Below are positions 38,975 through 52,961 of a DNA stretch of 64,000 nucleotides, one piece after another. Both the position numbers and the translations under genes were made by a program. The notes under the pieces are model-generated. The model saw only the letters and a program-made list of their open reading frames with translations, did not search any database and was not told where the DNA came from. The stretch's first letter is position 1. Each line of letters begins with the position of its first letter. Source of the DNA: the human T2T-CHM13v2.0 reference genome, Homo sapiens; NCBI RefSeq assembly GCF_009914755.1, contig NC_060932.1. One strand, written 5' to 3'.

Positions 38975-39830
38975 GAGTGCGGGCAACAAACATAAAAAAA
39001 AAAAAAGCTCATCAAAAAGTTAGATAAGGAGTTTCATCCATGCAGCTGAAGTCATCACTGGTCATTAGAGAAATGCAAATCAAAACCACAATGAGATACC
39101 ATCTCACGCCAGTTAGAATGGCAATTATTAAAAAGTCAGGAAACAACAGATGCTGGCGAGGCTGTGGAGAAATAGGAATGCTTTTACACTGTTGGTAGGA
39201 GTGTAAATTAGTTCAACCATTATGGAAGACAGTATGGCGATTCCTCAAGGATCTGGAACCAGAAATACTATTTGACCCAGCCATCCCATTACTGGTTGTA
39301 TGCCCAAAGGATTATAAATCATTCTACTATAAGGACGCATGCACACATATGTTTATTGCAGGACTATTTACAATAGCAAAGACTTGGAACCAACCCGAAT
39401 GCCTGTCAATAATAGAATGGATAAAGAAAATGTGGCACGTATACACCATGGAATACTATGCAGCCAGAAAAAAGAATGAGTTCATTTCCTTCGCAGGGAC
39501 ATGGATGAAGCTGGAAGCCATCATTCGCAGCAAACTAACACAAGAACAGAAAACCAAACACCGCATGTTCTCACTCATAAGTGGGAGTTGAACAATGAGA
39601 ACACATGGACACAAGGAGGGGAACATCACACACCAGGGCCTATTGGGGGGTGGTGGGGGATGGAGGCAAGGGGAGGATGCGTTAGGACAAATAGCTAATG
39701 CAAGTGGGGCTTAACACCTAGATGATGGGTTGATAGGTACAGAAAACCACCATGACGCATGTATACCTATGTAACAAACCTGGACGTTCTGCACCTGTAT
39801 CCCAGAACTTAAAGTAAAATAAAATAAAAA
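38975..39830 (+). mobile_element. 5'-truncated L1PA (L1PA7/8-like) 3' end
   Basis: ORF2 C-terminus remnant (ORF 39349-39591 MFIAGLFTIAKTWNQP...), 3'UTR and A tail; TSD aagaaatttactcttct 38958-38974 / aagaaattcattcttct 39831-39847. Confidence 0.95.
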
Positions 39831-39949
39831 AAGAAATTCATTCTTCTTAAAGAGCAGCCTAGATTTTAAGTAGTAAAAAGTAGTTTCCTTCATTGCACCT
39901 ATATTGAGCACGTACTGAGAGCTAGGAACTGAGCTGGATCCCTCAAGGA

Positions 39950-40158
39950 GTTCTCTGATATAGTTGTCACTAGCTACATGTGATCATTCATCTAAATTCA
40001 AATGAATTGCAGCTAAATCACATTTAAAGTTTGGTTCCTCAGTCACAGTAAAGACATTTCAAGTGCTCAATAGTCACATGTGGTTGGTGGCTACAATATT
40101 GGATAGTAGAGATATGGAGTATTTCCATCATCAAAGAAAGTTCTACCGGACAGTTCTG
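39950..40158 (-). mobile_element. MER3 DNA transposon
   Basis: gttcctcagtcac...catttcaagtgctcaatagtcacatgtgg...tttccatcatcaaagaaagttctac. Confidence 0.85.
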
Positions 40159-41470
40159 GTCTAACAGGAGCAAAGAGAGGAACAGAAAACTATGCCAGCC
40201 AGAAGCCAAAGCGTCAAACACTGAGGAAGAGGTCTCCTCTTGAGTTCAGCATTAGTGCGTGACTACCTCGCAGGCAGGAGTCATTCACAAACCTCAGTGG
40301 AAGAGGTATCTACTGGAGAGCTGTCATGTTCAATCTGTTTCAACCTTCAAGTTAGATAAGGAGTTTCATCCATGCAGCTGAAGGCACGTTTTCTCCGTCT
40401 CAAGAGGTTCCAGTCAAATGTCCCCTCTTTCTGGGCCTTCTCCTCTTCACTTCTGAGCTCTTCATCTTGCTCACTCCTGCCACACCCATGGACATTCTAC
40501 CTTGCATCACAATCATATGCATGTAGGTCTTATGGCCCTTCCATCTGTGAGTGCCTTCTCGTCCCTTGGTTCCTAGCAGTGCAATTTGATAACTGAACGA
40601 ATGAATGAATCAGTGAAAAATAAGTGAATAACTGAATAAACAAAGAAACAATGAAAACATGCACAACTGTCCATTCCACTGTGGGCTTAATCCAGACCTG
40701 GTTTCTCTGTCATAAACCTATCCAATCACTGGTGAACTTGAAGAGGTTAAGGGTCTGTGTCAGCTACCAGCTTATTATCTCTCTAATCTTAGAAACCTGT
40801 GGAAAAAAGAGACATTCAGAGCATATCCACCTCTAATCAACCTGATAACTGCCTATACAAAACTCTCAGGCATCCATGCAGTTTTTACCTGGCAAAAATA
40901 ATTCATGAGTCATTGTATTTTCTCTAATAAAGGGGATAATTTTGCATGCACAGAAACATCCCCATTTGTCCACACAGCTCTTTCTTCCTATTCCTCCTCT
41001 TTTCAGACTTGGAAAAGTGTTCTTTCTGCTTGTTAAGCAAAACTCTCTCCATGTGTCCTTGGCAGTAACCTCTTAGTTCCACTGGGTATTGATCCATCAA
41101 TCATTGCCCTGTCCCCTTCCCAATTCATGTCCACTGTTGCTCATGGTCAGTTTTCTGTAAATGTGGACGGAGGATGATGATCTCTTACCATCTCTCTAAC
41201 ACTCCCTAAACTCATTTGATTGCCTCTAGCTCAAACCCAAACCATGACCCTCTCTCTTTCTTTCACCATATCTCCTTTAAAAGGCACCATGTCTTCACCT
41301 CCCCCTCCCCCTGAAATCCAACTCTGTCCCCATCCATTGATTTCTTTTTTCTTTTTTCTTTTTTTTTAAGGCGCGTCATCCCCATTCTCATTACCCAAAC
41401 CACCATCAAATTTCCCCAATTCTCGCCTTCTCAGGTGCGGTGCCAGAGTAGAAAGGGCAATAAGTAAGGT

Positions 41471-41786
41471 AAAGGTGGCCAACAGGCAGCCCACGGGCAA
41501 AATTTGGCCTATGGATGTGTTTTGTTGGGTTGACAAGGTATGATAGAAATGGAGAAAGTTAACAGAAAAAATCCAGATTCTCCCTCTTGTGAAAAATAAG
41601 ATCTGATAAATTATCATCCCTACTCAGCGTCAGCTAGCAGAAGCAGTAGTTGCTCTCTTTAGAGAAACTAGAGTTTGCCACCAGTTTCCTGCAAGCCTCA
41701 CTACTTCCTATTGTCTTGCCCTAGTCATGCCTTTCATTTGAAATACTTGCTAATCCCTGTAGGCATTTGAGTCTGTAAGTGCTGGA
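41471..41786. mobile_element. MER102-like DNA transposon
   Basis: gtggccaacaggcagccc...aaatccagatt...ccctgtaggcatttgagt. Confidence 0.65.
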
Positions 41787-43469
41787 CTACAGTTTCAAAT
41801 TTATAATATTTTACAATAAATGTGTTTCAATAGTTCTGAAGTATGTATAGTCATAAACATCTAAACATCACTGAATAAATTGGGCATAGATTATGTGTAG
41901 TTCTTCATCATGAGATATGGCTTGTATTCTCCCCCATCACCTACTGCACTATAAACACATTTTCTTACACATGTGGTTTTTGTTTTTACAGGCATGTCAA
42001 AGAAAGCATAGGGCCACTTCTTCAGGGCTAACGTATTGGGCATTGTGAGCTTTCCTGCAAGCTGATGCCTCTGTCCAAGTACACTGAATCCACAGCACAC
42101 AGCGCTTCAATCCAACCCTGCTCTAACACCGAACATAGTGTAAGGACTGCTGGGACTGCTCACCTCTTCATTCTTGAAGCATCTGCTACTCTCGTGGTGA
42201 ATCACAGTGTTCAATGGATTTGCTTGCTCACTCCATTTCATCCATGCACTCACCATGTCACTTATTCATTCTTTATTACAGTTTTATTGAGAGTACACTG
42301 TGTTCCAGACCCTGTGCCAGGCACATGGAAGACACATCTTTGTTTATACCCTTCCCATGGTGTCTACATGACACTGCCTGTATTATATTTATCTGTGTTC
42401 ATATCTTGCACAAGAGGTTGAAACCAGTGCCCAGGCCTAATCTTTCTGTGTCCCAAGCACCAAGCTGGGGAAATACCCAAGGAAGCCTCCATAAGTGCTT
42501 ATGAAAATTGAATTTGACGTGTATACCCAAAGCTGGCAGAGGCTGGAGAAGACAGAATCTTGCTAAACTCACAGGAGTCAACCCCAAGGCTCTAGCTGTC
42601 TCATCAAAGGCCATCTGCGCTGAGGCATCATGGTCAGTTCAGCAAGGCAGAAGGAGGGCCACCACCAAGGTGCTGCTGGTGGCTTCTTTAGGGACCTTCC
42701 AATGAGAGGTTTGTTTTCCAGCTACTCCTACCACCCAAGAGATACTCGCTCCCTGATTTCCCAAGCTGGAGGTGGCATGCTTGTGGAGACCTCCACCTGG
42801 TGTCCTGGGTGGCTTTGCTTGTGGCTCTTCCAGTTTCTATAGTGTGCAGTCTTCAGTTCCATATTTTCTTTGCCACCCTGAAATGAAGGGCGTATCTGTG
42901 CCAAATCTGCTCAACGAAGAAGACAGGAAATGAAATGAGATTTGAAGCCAAGTTACTACTCCTTTTTCCAATTTTAAGACTGTGGCTGAACAGATGAAAG
43001 ATATTCAGATAAGTGGCACATGTTCTTTGTGTTTAAATAGAGCTTGTTGCTGGGCAATAATTGGCCTCTGCATGCAGGTGCCTTTGGTGAGAAATCCAGG
43101 CTTCTTTGGAGGGATGATCTGAGTAAGTGCACAAGCATATTATGGGAGATATCTAAGGAGGAAAAGGGATTCTCCCATAATACACGGTGATCTCATCTGA
43201 TTATATCCAGGTTGCAAGGAAATCTCCACAACTTACAGAGTATTATAGGGTCAGTACCCTATTCTCTACTAACATAAATGTATAAACAGCCCTTACATTT
43301 ACTACACATTTAACATCTTTCCCAGTGATTTTATAAATGCATCATATTCAAAGACATTGCCAAATCTAAATCTGTGCATGTGTCTACTGGGAGGCTATCT
43401 ACCAGGTGCCATTTGAGGAAACTGCACACCTTCCTTCCCCTTTGCCTCCACTTATTAGACCTGAATAAG

Positions 43470-43690
43470 ACAGACATTTAGTGAGTTTGTTCTAAGTGCT
43501 GAGCACTGTTCTGAGAACTTGCTATGTATTAACTCTGACTCCTCAAGAAAAACCTATGAAGTTGTGTAATTATGATCTCCACTGTGCAGATGAGGAAACT
43601 GAGGCCTGGAGGAGTAAAGAAACATGGCCAGAGTCACACACTCATCACGGTGGAATCAGAATTTGTATCTTCAGCACCTAGGCAAAGAAA
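43470..43690 (-). mobile_element. MIR SINE
   Basis: cagatgaggaaactgaggc core. Confidence 0.85.
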
Positions 43691-44840
43691 ATAGGGCAAG
43701 TAGCTTTGTTTATATTCCTGGGAGAGATCACAACATAGGCTACAGGTTCAGGGTATAGAAAGCTGGTGGGGACAGTTGGGTGAAGGCAACAGGTAAGGTC
43801 GAGGCCAGTGCAGAAGGAGTAATGGAGACTGGAGAGGAACCAGTTGGTGGAGTTACCTAGAGAGGAGGGGGCTGGGTGCTTTGCGTGGGGCAACTTACGA
43901 GCAGCAGTTTCCAGAAGCTTGGGAGAAGGGAGAGAGAAGGTGTCAAAAGACAAAGGATGTGAAGTAACCCAAAGGAGAGGACAAAGAGCTGAGATAGAGT
44001 GACCAGTCTCTCAAGGTCAACTTTCAGCTCCATGTGATCAATGGTACAGTTTCACTAGAGCATGCCCCCCTGTAATTTGCTGATCCAGGGGCATAGATTG
44101 GTGGCCCTAACTTGCTGAGGGATTTTAAGTGAATCCTTGCTCCTCTGGGGCCCTCAGGACACTAGAATTTATGACTCTGATGAAATTTAGAATAATATTG
44201 ATTCACAAGTCAGAAATTAAGATCGGTGATCTGGTTAAGTCATGGAGCAGCTACATTCATCACCTACTTTCTCTCACGTATCAAATGGAACCACCCACAC
44301 CCATCCTGCCTTCCTTAGATCTGCCTTAGGATTTAAAAAGTGCAATGAAGGTGAAATACATTTGGAACCTTGAAAAGAGTACATAAAACTGAGGCAGAGT
44401 GATGGTCCAGGAACGTACTCAAGCAACTGGTAGGTAGTGAGAGCCTACTCCGTGCAAGGCCTGCATGAGGCACTGGGGATGCAGTGAACAAGATGAGCTT
44501 CAACCATGATAGTAACACCAGATCAGGAAGACAGCCACCACACAAATAATTCCTGGAGTACAGTTGTAATAAACAGTATGAAAGAACAATCCCATATACA
44601 GTGAGAGCACATACTTTGGAGGAAGGCAACATCTGGTTTGAATACTGTCTTGATAATTTCCAACTGGGGAATGTTTTTCTGCCCATTGTTTAAAGCACTC
44701 TCAGTCTCATTACCCCTATCTCTGAAATGCAAGTCTTGGAGGGTGGTGGGGAATACGATGATTATCACAGAGCTGTGCACATAATAAGAGCTCAGTAAAT
44801 AGTTCTTGTATGTCATGTAGAAGACTACAGCTACATTAAC

Positions 44841-45195
44841 AATGATGATGAGATAATGAGGATGATGACTGATAATGATGATGATAATGATGAAATGGTG
44901 ATGATGGTGAGGAGGATGGAATGGTGATGATGATGATGATGACTTAATGGTAATAACGTGATGATGATGATGATGATGATGGTGATGATGATGGAATGGT
45001 GATAATGTGATGAGTATTATGATGGGATGGTGATGATGACAATGATGATGATGGTGATGATGATGAAAAGGTCATGATGGTGATGGTGATGATGGAATGG
45101 TCATAATGGTGGTGACAAGATGACGATGATGATGATGGTGATAATAATGGTATGGTGACAATCATGGTGATTGAGGATGCTGATGGCAGTGATGC
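44841..45195. repeat. Degenerate (GAT/GGT)n trinucleotide low-complexity tract
   Basis: Directly visible; a smaller related tract lies at ~46355-46400. Confidence 0.93.
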
Positions 45196-45477
45196 TATGT
45201 CAGGGCATGACCATCACTTTTCCCTTTCTTCTCTTCCCAGAGGGCTCATATGAGCTAATCTACAAGTGGGTCTGGAACTTTAAGCCACATGTGGGTACCC
45301 TGCTTGGGCTGTCAGGTTCCAAAAAAGGCAGATTGGCATTTCCACACTGGTTTTCTCTGGCTACATTTCTTCTGCCTCTGCTCATGCAAGTGCCACTTCA
45401 CTCTGAGAAAATGCCAGCCTCTTTGAGGTGAGCTGGAGCCTAGAGAGGCGGAGGCGGGAGCATTTCCAAAGGTCGGG

Positions 45478-45488
45478 ATGACTCAGCA
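45478..45488 (+). promoter_or_regulatory. Candidate ARE/MARE (NRF2-sMAF / AP-1) site ATGACTCAGCA
   Basis: Exact RTGACTCAGCA consensus near GC boxes. Motif only; binding not shown. Confidence 0.35.
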
Positions 45489-46730
45489 GTCCTCTGAAAA
45501 GCCTCTGGTGATAGGGAGGTGATGCTGTCAGAACAAGGAAATACTAGAACCCTCTCCACCACTCTCCATCACAGCTAAAAGCTTGCCTTGCCATTTCTTT
45601 GCCCTCTTCTGCAAGTCTAATGAGGGAATATAGATGCTTACTATATTTGAGCTGCAACTAATGCTTCAACTCTGGAAACTCTGAGCAAACTCCTTCATGT
45701 TTGCCTGGACAAATCTCCCAGGAGTCCCAGGCTGGAAGGTAAACTGGTACCCCAAAGCCACAGGGTCTCCTACCAGACTTGTTTAACCTGCAGGACAGAG
45801 TCTGGGAGGGGAGAAGAGGAGGTCTCACCTCACAGCTGTTCCCTCTAGTGTGCACTCCTCAGAGGACTTGCTGATGGTAGAGCTGCCCCAAATACAAAAC
45901 GGCTGTTTTGTGGGAAGGGAAGCTGGCAAAGCTTCTGGAGACACTAGGGAGGGAGAATATAGTATAGACTAGGCTAAAGTGGAGGGCAGCAGTCCAGGGC
46001 CCTGATGTTGTTTCGACGGCGTTGAATGGAACTCCTTCTAGGTGAAGATGCTGGTAGTTTTGCCATCACCCTCCATTGTCTTGTGTGGGCTGATTCACGC
46101 AGGTAGGATACCTGCCTGGCCCCTGTAGATGTCTGAGTCTGTACCCCTGGGCTGGATATTTTTAAGGATACCTTCTGCCCCTGGAGTCTGTAGTTCTCAG
46201 AAATAAGTTATGGTAAACAAATCACCCAAGAATGAATAGCCATTGATTCTAATCCTGACTTTGCCAATGGAATTCCTGCCAAGTCCCTGGCCCTCTCTTT
46301 ACTCATCAAGTATTTCAATGGCCTGGAAAGTACCCATTCTTACCTTTCCAGGCATGATGATGCGATGGCAATGATGACAGTGATGATGATGGTGATGATC
46401 TTATAACACTGCATTTGCTTACTTTGCTCTTTGCTAATGCTCCCATTCTTGGAATACAATAGTGAACAACACGGTTGTGTTCTTTGACCTTGTGGAATTA
46501 TTTGCTAGCGGGGGAGGGAGTAAAAAAGGGTATATATAAATACTTAAGACAATACACAATGGCAAATGGTGACAAATGCTGTGAGGTGAAAGGACAGGCC
46601 CCTCAGAGCAAAGGGCAGCAGCAACCTAACTTACATAATTCATCAAAGAAGATCTTGTTTTAAATAACTACTCTTTAAACTGAGATAAAAAATATTAGAT
46701 AAAAGTTATCCAGGTAAAAAGAGGAAAACC

Positions 46731-47036
<306 letters not shown>

Positions 47037-47486
47037 GGAAAACCCACTATTCCAGATAAGGGGAGCAGACCTTGAGGATGCTCCAAGGCAGGGAAGAGTT
47101 GGACAGTTCTCTGAGTCTCTATTGCATTTCCTACATTGTAATTTATAATTGAAATTCTTCATTATGAAGACTGTGATCTGCTCCTACAAGTTAACTCTAA
47201 GTCCCACCCTAGGAGAAGTGAATTACTATTTGCAGCTGCTAATGAAAAAAAAAATGCTGCCAGGATCATAAGCCAGGATATGAACTGCCCTAATTTGGAA
47301 TCAGCACCTTCAGAGGTGGTTACTTAGCCCTTAAAATATCTGTGTAAATTTGCAACAGACGGTTTGCTGGACTTGGATAAGGGCTGTTAGAGATAATTTT
47401 TCATGGGTGAAATAAATAGTATTTACATTAGAATCTGACAAGCCCTGCAACTGAGGGTTTCTCTGCTGCATGGGAAATCCAGTGGG

Positions 47487-47679
47487 GCACTGTCCAACAG
47501 AACTTTCTGTGATGGGAGAAGCATCCTACATCTGTGCACCACTATGGTGTCACTGGCCACCTCAGGCTGTAGAACACTTGTAATGTGCATAAACTAAAAT
47601 TTTAATTGTATTCCATTTAAATTAGTTTCAATGCAAGCAGCAGCATGTGGCTAGTGGCTACCATATTCCACAGGTGCAG
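47487..47679 (+). mobile_element. MER3 DNA transposon
   Basis: gcactgtccaacagaactttctgtgatg...catgtggctagtggctaccatatt. Confidence 0.85.
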
Positions 47680-48479
47680 AGGCTGGCGGATCCACCTTCT
47701 CTCCTCTTCACAGAGGGCTCTGTCATCTGATTCCACACTAACCAGGCAGTCCTGCTTCAAAAGATCATCGTGTTCACCTGAAAGTGACTCCTTCTTGACT
47801 TTCTAGGCTAGTAAATCGTTTGCAATACTGTTCATTCCTTTGCCTTGCTTTTCACATATGTGGTAGTGAATGTCCGCATTTTGGCAGAATTTAGTCATAA
47901 ACTTGCTTTCACTGTAACATACCATGTGCACACAAGATTCTGGGGAGGAAACAGATAGTCTCCCACCTGTACCCTCGGGGCCCACCTATCACTAGCTATG
48001 AGAAGCTATTAATATTCACCAAAATAATCTGACTCTTTCAGAAAAGCCAAGTTGAACTGAGTCTGTTTCCAACAGCCTTGGTTTCCTCACCTGTAAAAGC
48101 AAGAGGCTGAGCTAGATGGTCCTGGAGAGCCCTTCCACACTTCCGCCCTGGGAGCTTGTCACAGTAATGCAGATTGTCAGAGCTGGAAGAGACTCATCCA
48201 GGTCCCTGATGCTCAGGGAGGTGAAGTGGCCTACCCAAGGTCACACAGCAAGTCAACGCCTCAGGCAGCATGTGTGGCTAAGTACCCTGGTTTCTATTCC
48301 ACTTTAATGGGGAGACTGTGAAGACAGATTTACTTTACACTAAACTAGTATCTAACGAGCGACTTCCAAATGGAATGGAACAACCCACAAAATCAGAAGC
48401 ACAGATGAGAGATACGCTGCATTTTTCCTTACTTTACAGATGACGGGGGGAAGAACAGAAAGAGAAGAGAGAAAGAAGT

Positions 48480-48936
48480 CTGCTGTACTTGGTGACTCAT
48501 CACTGACAAAGCGGACTTCCCTGTTCCTTCAATCTGGACTTGTCACGTGACTTGCTTTTGACTAATAAAATATTATAAGATGTTAGCAGATGTGATGCAA
48601 GAAGGGGCTTGGGATATGCATACGCATTTGGGTTTCCCCTCTTACACCTCCACCAAGCCCTGAAAGAACATGCCCTAATTACTCCACATATGGAACAGAT
48701 TCAGCCCAGGAGACCTGCAGAGCAGACCTGCAGGTAGAAGAAAAGCCATCCAGCCAAGCCCAGCCTTGTTTAAGCAGCTATATTCTTCCTGAAAGCATGT
48801 GAGCAAGCCCAGCCAGGATCAGCAGAACCACCCAAGCCAACCTGCAGATCTAGGAGAATAAAAGGTTGTTTTGAGCCACTGACAATTGGGGACAGCTTGT
48901 TACACAGCATTTTTGTGACAACAGCTGACTGATGTA
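48480..48936 (+). mobile_element. Old MLT1 (H/I-like) LTR inserted in a MIR
   Basis: cacgtgacttgctttt...agcccagccaggatcagcagaacc...ttgttacacagca...agctgactgat; MIR pieces on both sides. Confidence 0.7.
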
Positions 48937-51255
48937 CTCAGAGGTGAAATGACACGCTGAAGGCTACACCACTAGTAAGAGCGTAGCTGGAATTCTTACT
49001 CTGCATCAAGCGAGATCATGCTTCATGGATGGGGAAACATGTAATGAATCATTTAAATGGAGCCTCTTTTGACAGTGAAAAGGAGCAGTGAACATTACTT
49101 TGGACCTGTGAAATGATACTGAAGTGTAAGGTGCCTCCCCACTCCCAAATGGCACACTTAGTGAGGTGAACACAAACATTGTTGGCAGTCCGGATACATC
49201 TTGCAGACACTGAAGAGTTCAGAACGTGTAATATCTGCACAGGTTGACACACAGACCCAATCACCCCATTGCAAACAAGTTCCTTCCAAGAGAAAATGTC
49301 CGGGTTTCAGATTCATGGTGGGGAGGGGCTAGGAGCTTCAGCCCTGGAGATGCTGGCTATACTTTGCTCTAACTCGCCCTAGCTGGTGCCACTGCCAAAT
49401 GTTTCAGCTTCCCTTTGTTCTAGTCTTCCTAACATCCCAGGGACAGAAGGGTTTACAGGTAAGATCCCGAAGTCCACCGAGGCCAAGCTACCTGTTGTAA
49501 TCACCTAGCCAATGAGCACCCAGATGGCACTGATTCCAAAGCAGGGGCCACTGCATCTGCTCATCCCAGTAAGGGTGGGCACTACAACATCCTACCAAGG
49601 ATCCTGCCAACCAGGCAAGCGGGGCTCTTTCCTGGGAGCACCTCAGAGTGCACCACAGAGCAAAGAAGGGACTGCATTTTCCATCTCCTTTTCCTTGTTC
49701 TTCCCTTCCTGACAAACAGTCTAGGGCATCTAGGGTGGTCAGTCAGCATTCCTCACGCACGTGAGTCTTAGACAAACACTACCTGGTATTGGTTTAGGCA
49801 GCCATGGAGGAAATGTTACCAAACCCTCACCCCAAGTGCCCATGCAATTCTACCAGCCTTCTCTTCTGGAATTCTAAGTCCTATTTTTCTTTATTAGAAC
49901 TTAAAATTGAAAACTCGAGAGAGAGGAATTTTTTTTTAACGAAGCAAATCTATTCGTGTGGCTAATGACAGGAAGCTCAGGGGTTGGCCTCAAACTCCAG
50001 GTAGCGACACTTCACCCACCTGACCTACTCGCACCCCACCACTAATAACTAGGGGCCTGGCCTCCCTCACCACCCCTTCCCTTCCCCACACCTCCACTCT
50101 CACACATTTCTGCTTCCCCCACAGTGACAGATCCCATTAATACAACTTGAATATCTGCCAAGCACTAAGCATTCTCTAGGTTACAGTAACACAAATGATC
50201 CCATTTATGTCCAATCCTCAATCCCCAAGGCTGGGATGGATTATTCCCATTGTTCAGATGAGGAAAGTGAGACTCACAGACATAAATTGCCAAATATCAT
50301 CGAGCTTAGCCAGTGTTAGATCCAGGGCTGAACTGGTTTGTGTGTGACCTCAAAGACCATTCCCCTTCTTCCTTTCTGAAATTTACTCAATCAAAAACTA
50401 CATCCCTGGGGATACTGTGGTGAACAAATCCAAATGGAAAGCAATCTCCTCCACCCCTGCCCCAACTCTCTAATTTCTACGAAAGTCAACCTCACTCAGA
50501 GACTGACGGGCTCACCCCTTAGTGAGCCCATTGAAGCCCACGGAGGAGGCCCACTACCAGAGACCCCAGAATCCTTCAAATATAGGTGTTCCCTCCTCCA
50601 CAGTGGCTGTGGGGCTGGAAGTAGGCCCTCCCAATGGATGACCATGAGGGTCACCTGCTACAGCTCAGGCTGTACAGCTCAGGGCACAGGGCAGGGAGCT
50701 TTGCCCTTCCCGTGGGTGGCACTGTGACCACTTGGAAGCAGGTGACTGTCCTTAGGCTGTGGCTTGAGAAGCATCCCACTCACTGAACCAGAAGCAGCCT
50801 CCTTGACTCAGTTTTGCTTCTTTCCCTGAGAGGCACTGGCTATAGGGATAAGACAATCACTTTGGGTTCCAACAGATGTGAATTTAAATTCTGGACCTGC
50901 CAGCTGACAGTGGGCAAATCGCTTCTGCTCTCTAAGACTCAGTTTCTTCAGTTCCATCTGGGGTGACTTCAAATGACCCCCACCGCACCCCTCTCAGCAG
51001 GGAAGGAAGTCAGCAGTCTTAGAGTCGGCATTATAGCTCACAAGTGTGCAGAACATACCATTTGCCAAGCCATGGTTTGGGCTCATTTTATGAATTAACT
51101 CAATTAATCCTAATAAAAATCCCATGCATTGTGAGGGTGGCACTGTTTTCAACCCACGTTTAGACAAGGAAGCTCAGAGAGATTATGTAACTTACCCAAA
51201 GTTACAGAGAAGAAAGCAGCTGATCTGCATTTTACATCCAAGCAGTGCTGTAAGA

Positions 51256-51500
51256 CAGTGGTTCTCACCAGGGGTGGGGTGTTAGGAGCAGAAATAGGGG
51301 ACAAAGGGATGATCTTGACCCCCCAAGGAGCATTCAGCGATGCCTGGAAATGGTTTTGGTTGTCACAGGTGGGTGGGGTGCTGCGATCGTCTAGTGTGCA
51401 AGGATGCTGCTAAACATTCTACAATGCACAGGAACAAGACTCCTACAACAAAGACTCACCTGGCCAGAAATGTCAACAATGCTAATGCTGGAAAACTCTG
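51256..51500 (+). mobile_element. MER20 DNA transposon
   Basis: cagtggttctca...ttttggttgtcaca...ggatgctgctaaacattctacaatgcacagga...aaatgtcaaca. Confidence 0.88.
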
Positions 51501-52007
51501 GCGAGTTCAGGAACACAGAGCAGGACTCGCTTAGGAAACTCACTGCCCCGAGCTGCTGTGAGGGCTAAATCAGAGGTTGCCTGTGGGCACCCTGGCACCA
51601 CAGTGCTTGCAGGGAGGTGTTCCTTAGCTCTGGGGGTGACAGATCGGACCGCAAGGTGGCACAAGTAAGTGATAGCAACAGTTATGCCAAAGGGCTCATC
51701 CTTTTCCTTTGATTTTATTTTTCATTTTTTATGGAGATTACGCTATTTTAACACTGTTGTGGCAAAAATACTCAGTGACTCATGTGTCATGATTTTCATA
51801 GCTGATTTCATGAGTTTTTGACAGTTGATGGTGGTTCCTATAGTTAGGGTTATTTTCTGTCTTTGGGACAGTGTGGGGAAAAGAGGTTGGTGCTCAAGGC
51901 ACACTGCCCTGACCCCAGTTCCACACTGGGCATGATGTCCCAGGAAGGCTGGTTTGGATTCATGGAAGGGATGGCATGAGAGTGAAGCACACAAAGTAGG
52001 ATTTTAA

Positions 52008-52298
<291 letters not shown>

Positions 52299-52315
52299 TT
52301 AACTGGCAGACCTGG

Positions 52316-52380
52316 GAGGAGGCAGAGGGTGGAAAGAAGGGAAGGGAAAGGAAGGGAAGGAAGGGGAAGGGAGGGGAATT
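52316..52380. repeat. Polypurine (GGAAG-type) tract
   Basis: Directly visible. Confidence 0.8.
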
Positions 52381-52602
52381 TCAGGCAGAAGGACTGTCAG
52401 AAAAAAAATATTGATCGACAACTAAGGACAACCATTGGGCACATGGAAACGGTCAAAACTGGGAAGTTGAACAAATGTCTGTTCAAACTTTGGCTCTTTC
52501 ACTGAAGAGGGACTTTGTGCAAACCTGCTAATCACTTACGGTCTCATTTTCTCAACTGTAATTTGATTAAACAATACTTGCTTTCAAAAATGTTGGTTTT
52601 TT

Positions 52603-52961
<359 letters not shown>

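Noticed and set aside
39349-39591. 80-aa ORF matching the L1 ORF2 C-terminus
   Set aside because: Remnant of a 5'-truncated L1, not a gene.
44944-45165. Ser/His-rich ORF
   Set aside because: Reading of the GAT/GGT low-complexity tract.
49049-49300. Possible minus-strand exon (acceptor-like cattttctcttggaag plus an open frame)
   Set aside because: No convincing donor, and the peptide resembles nothing known to me.
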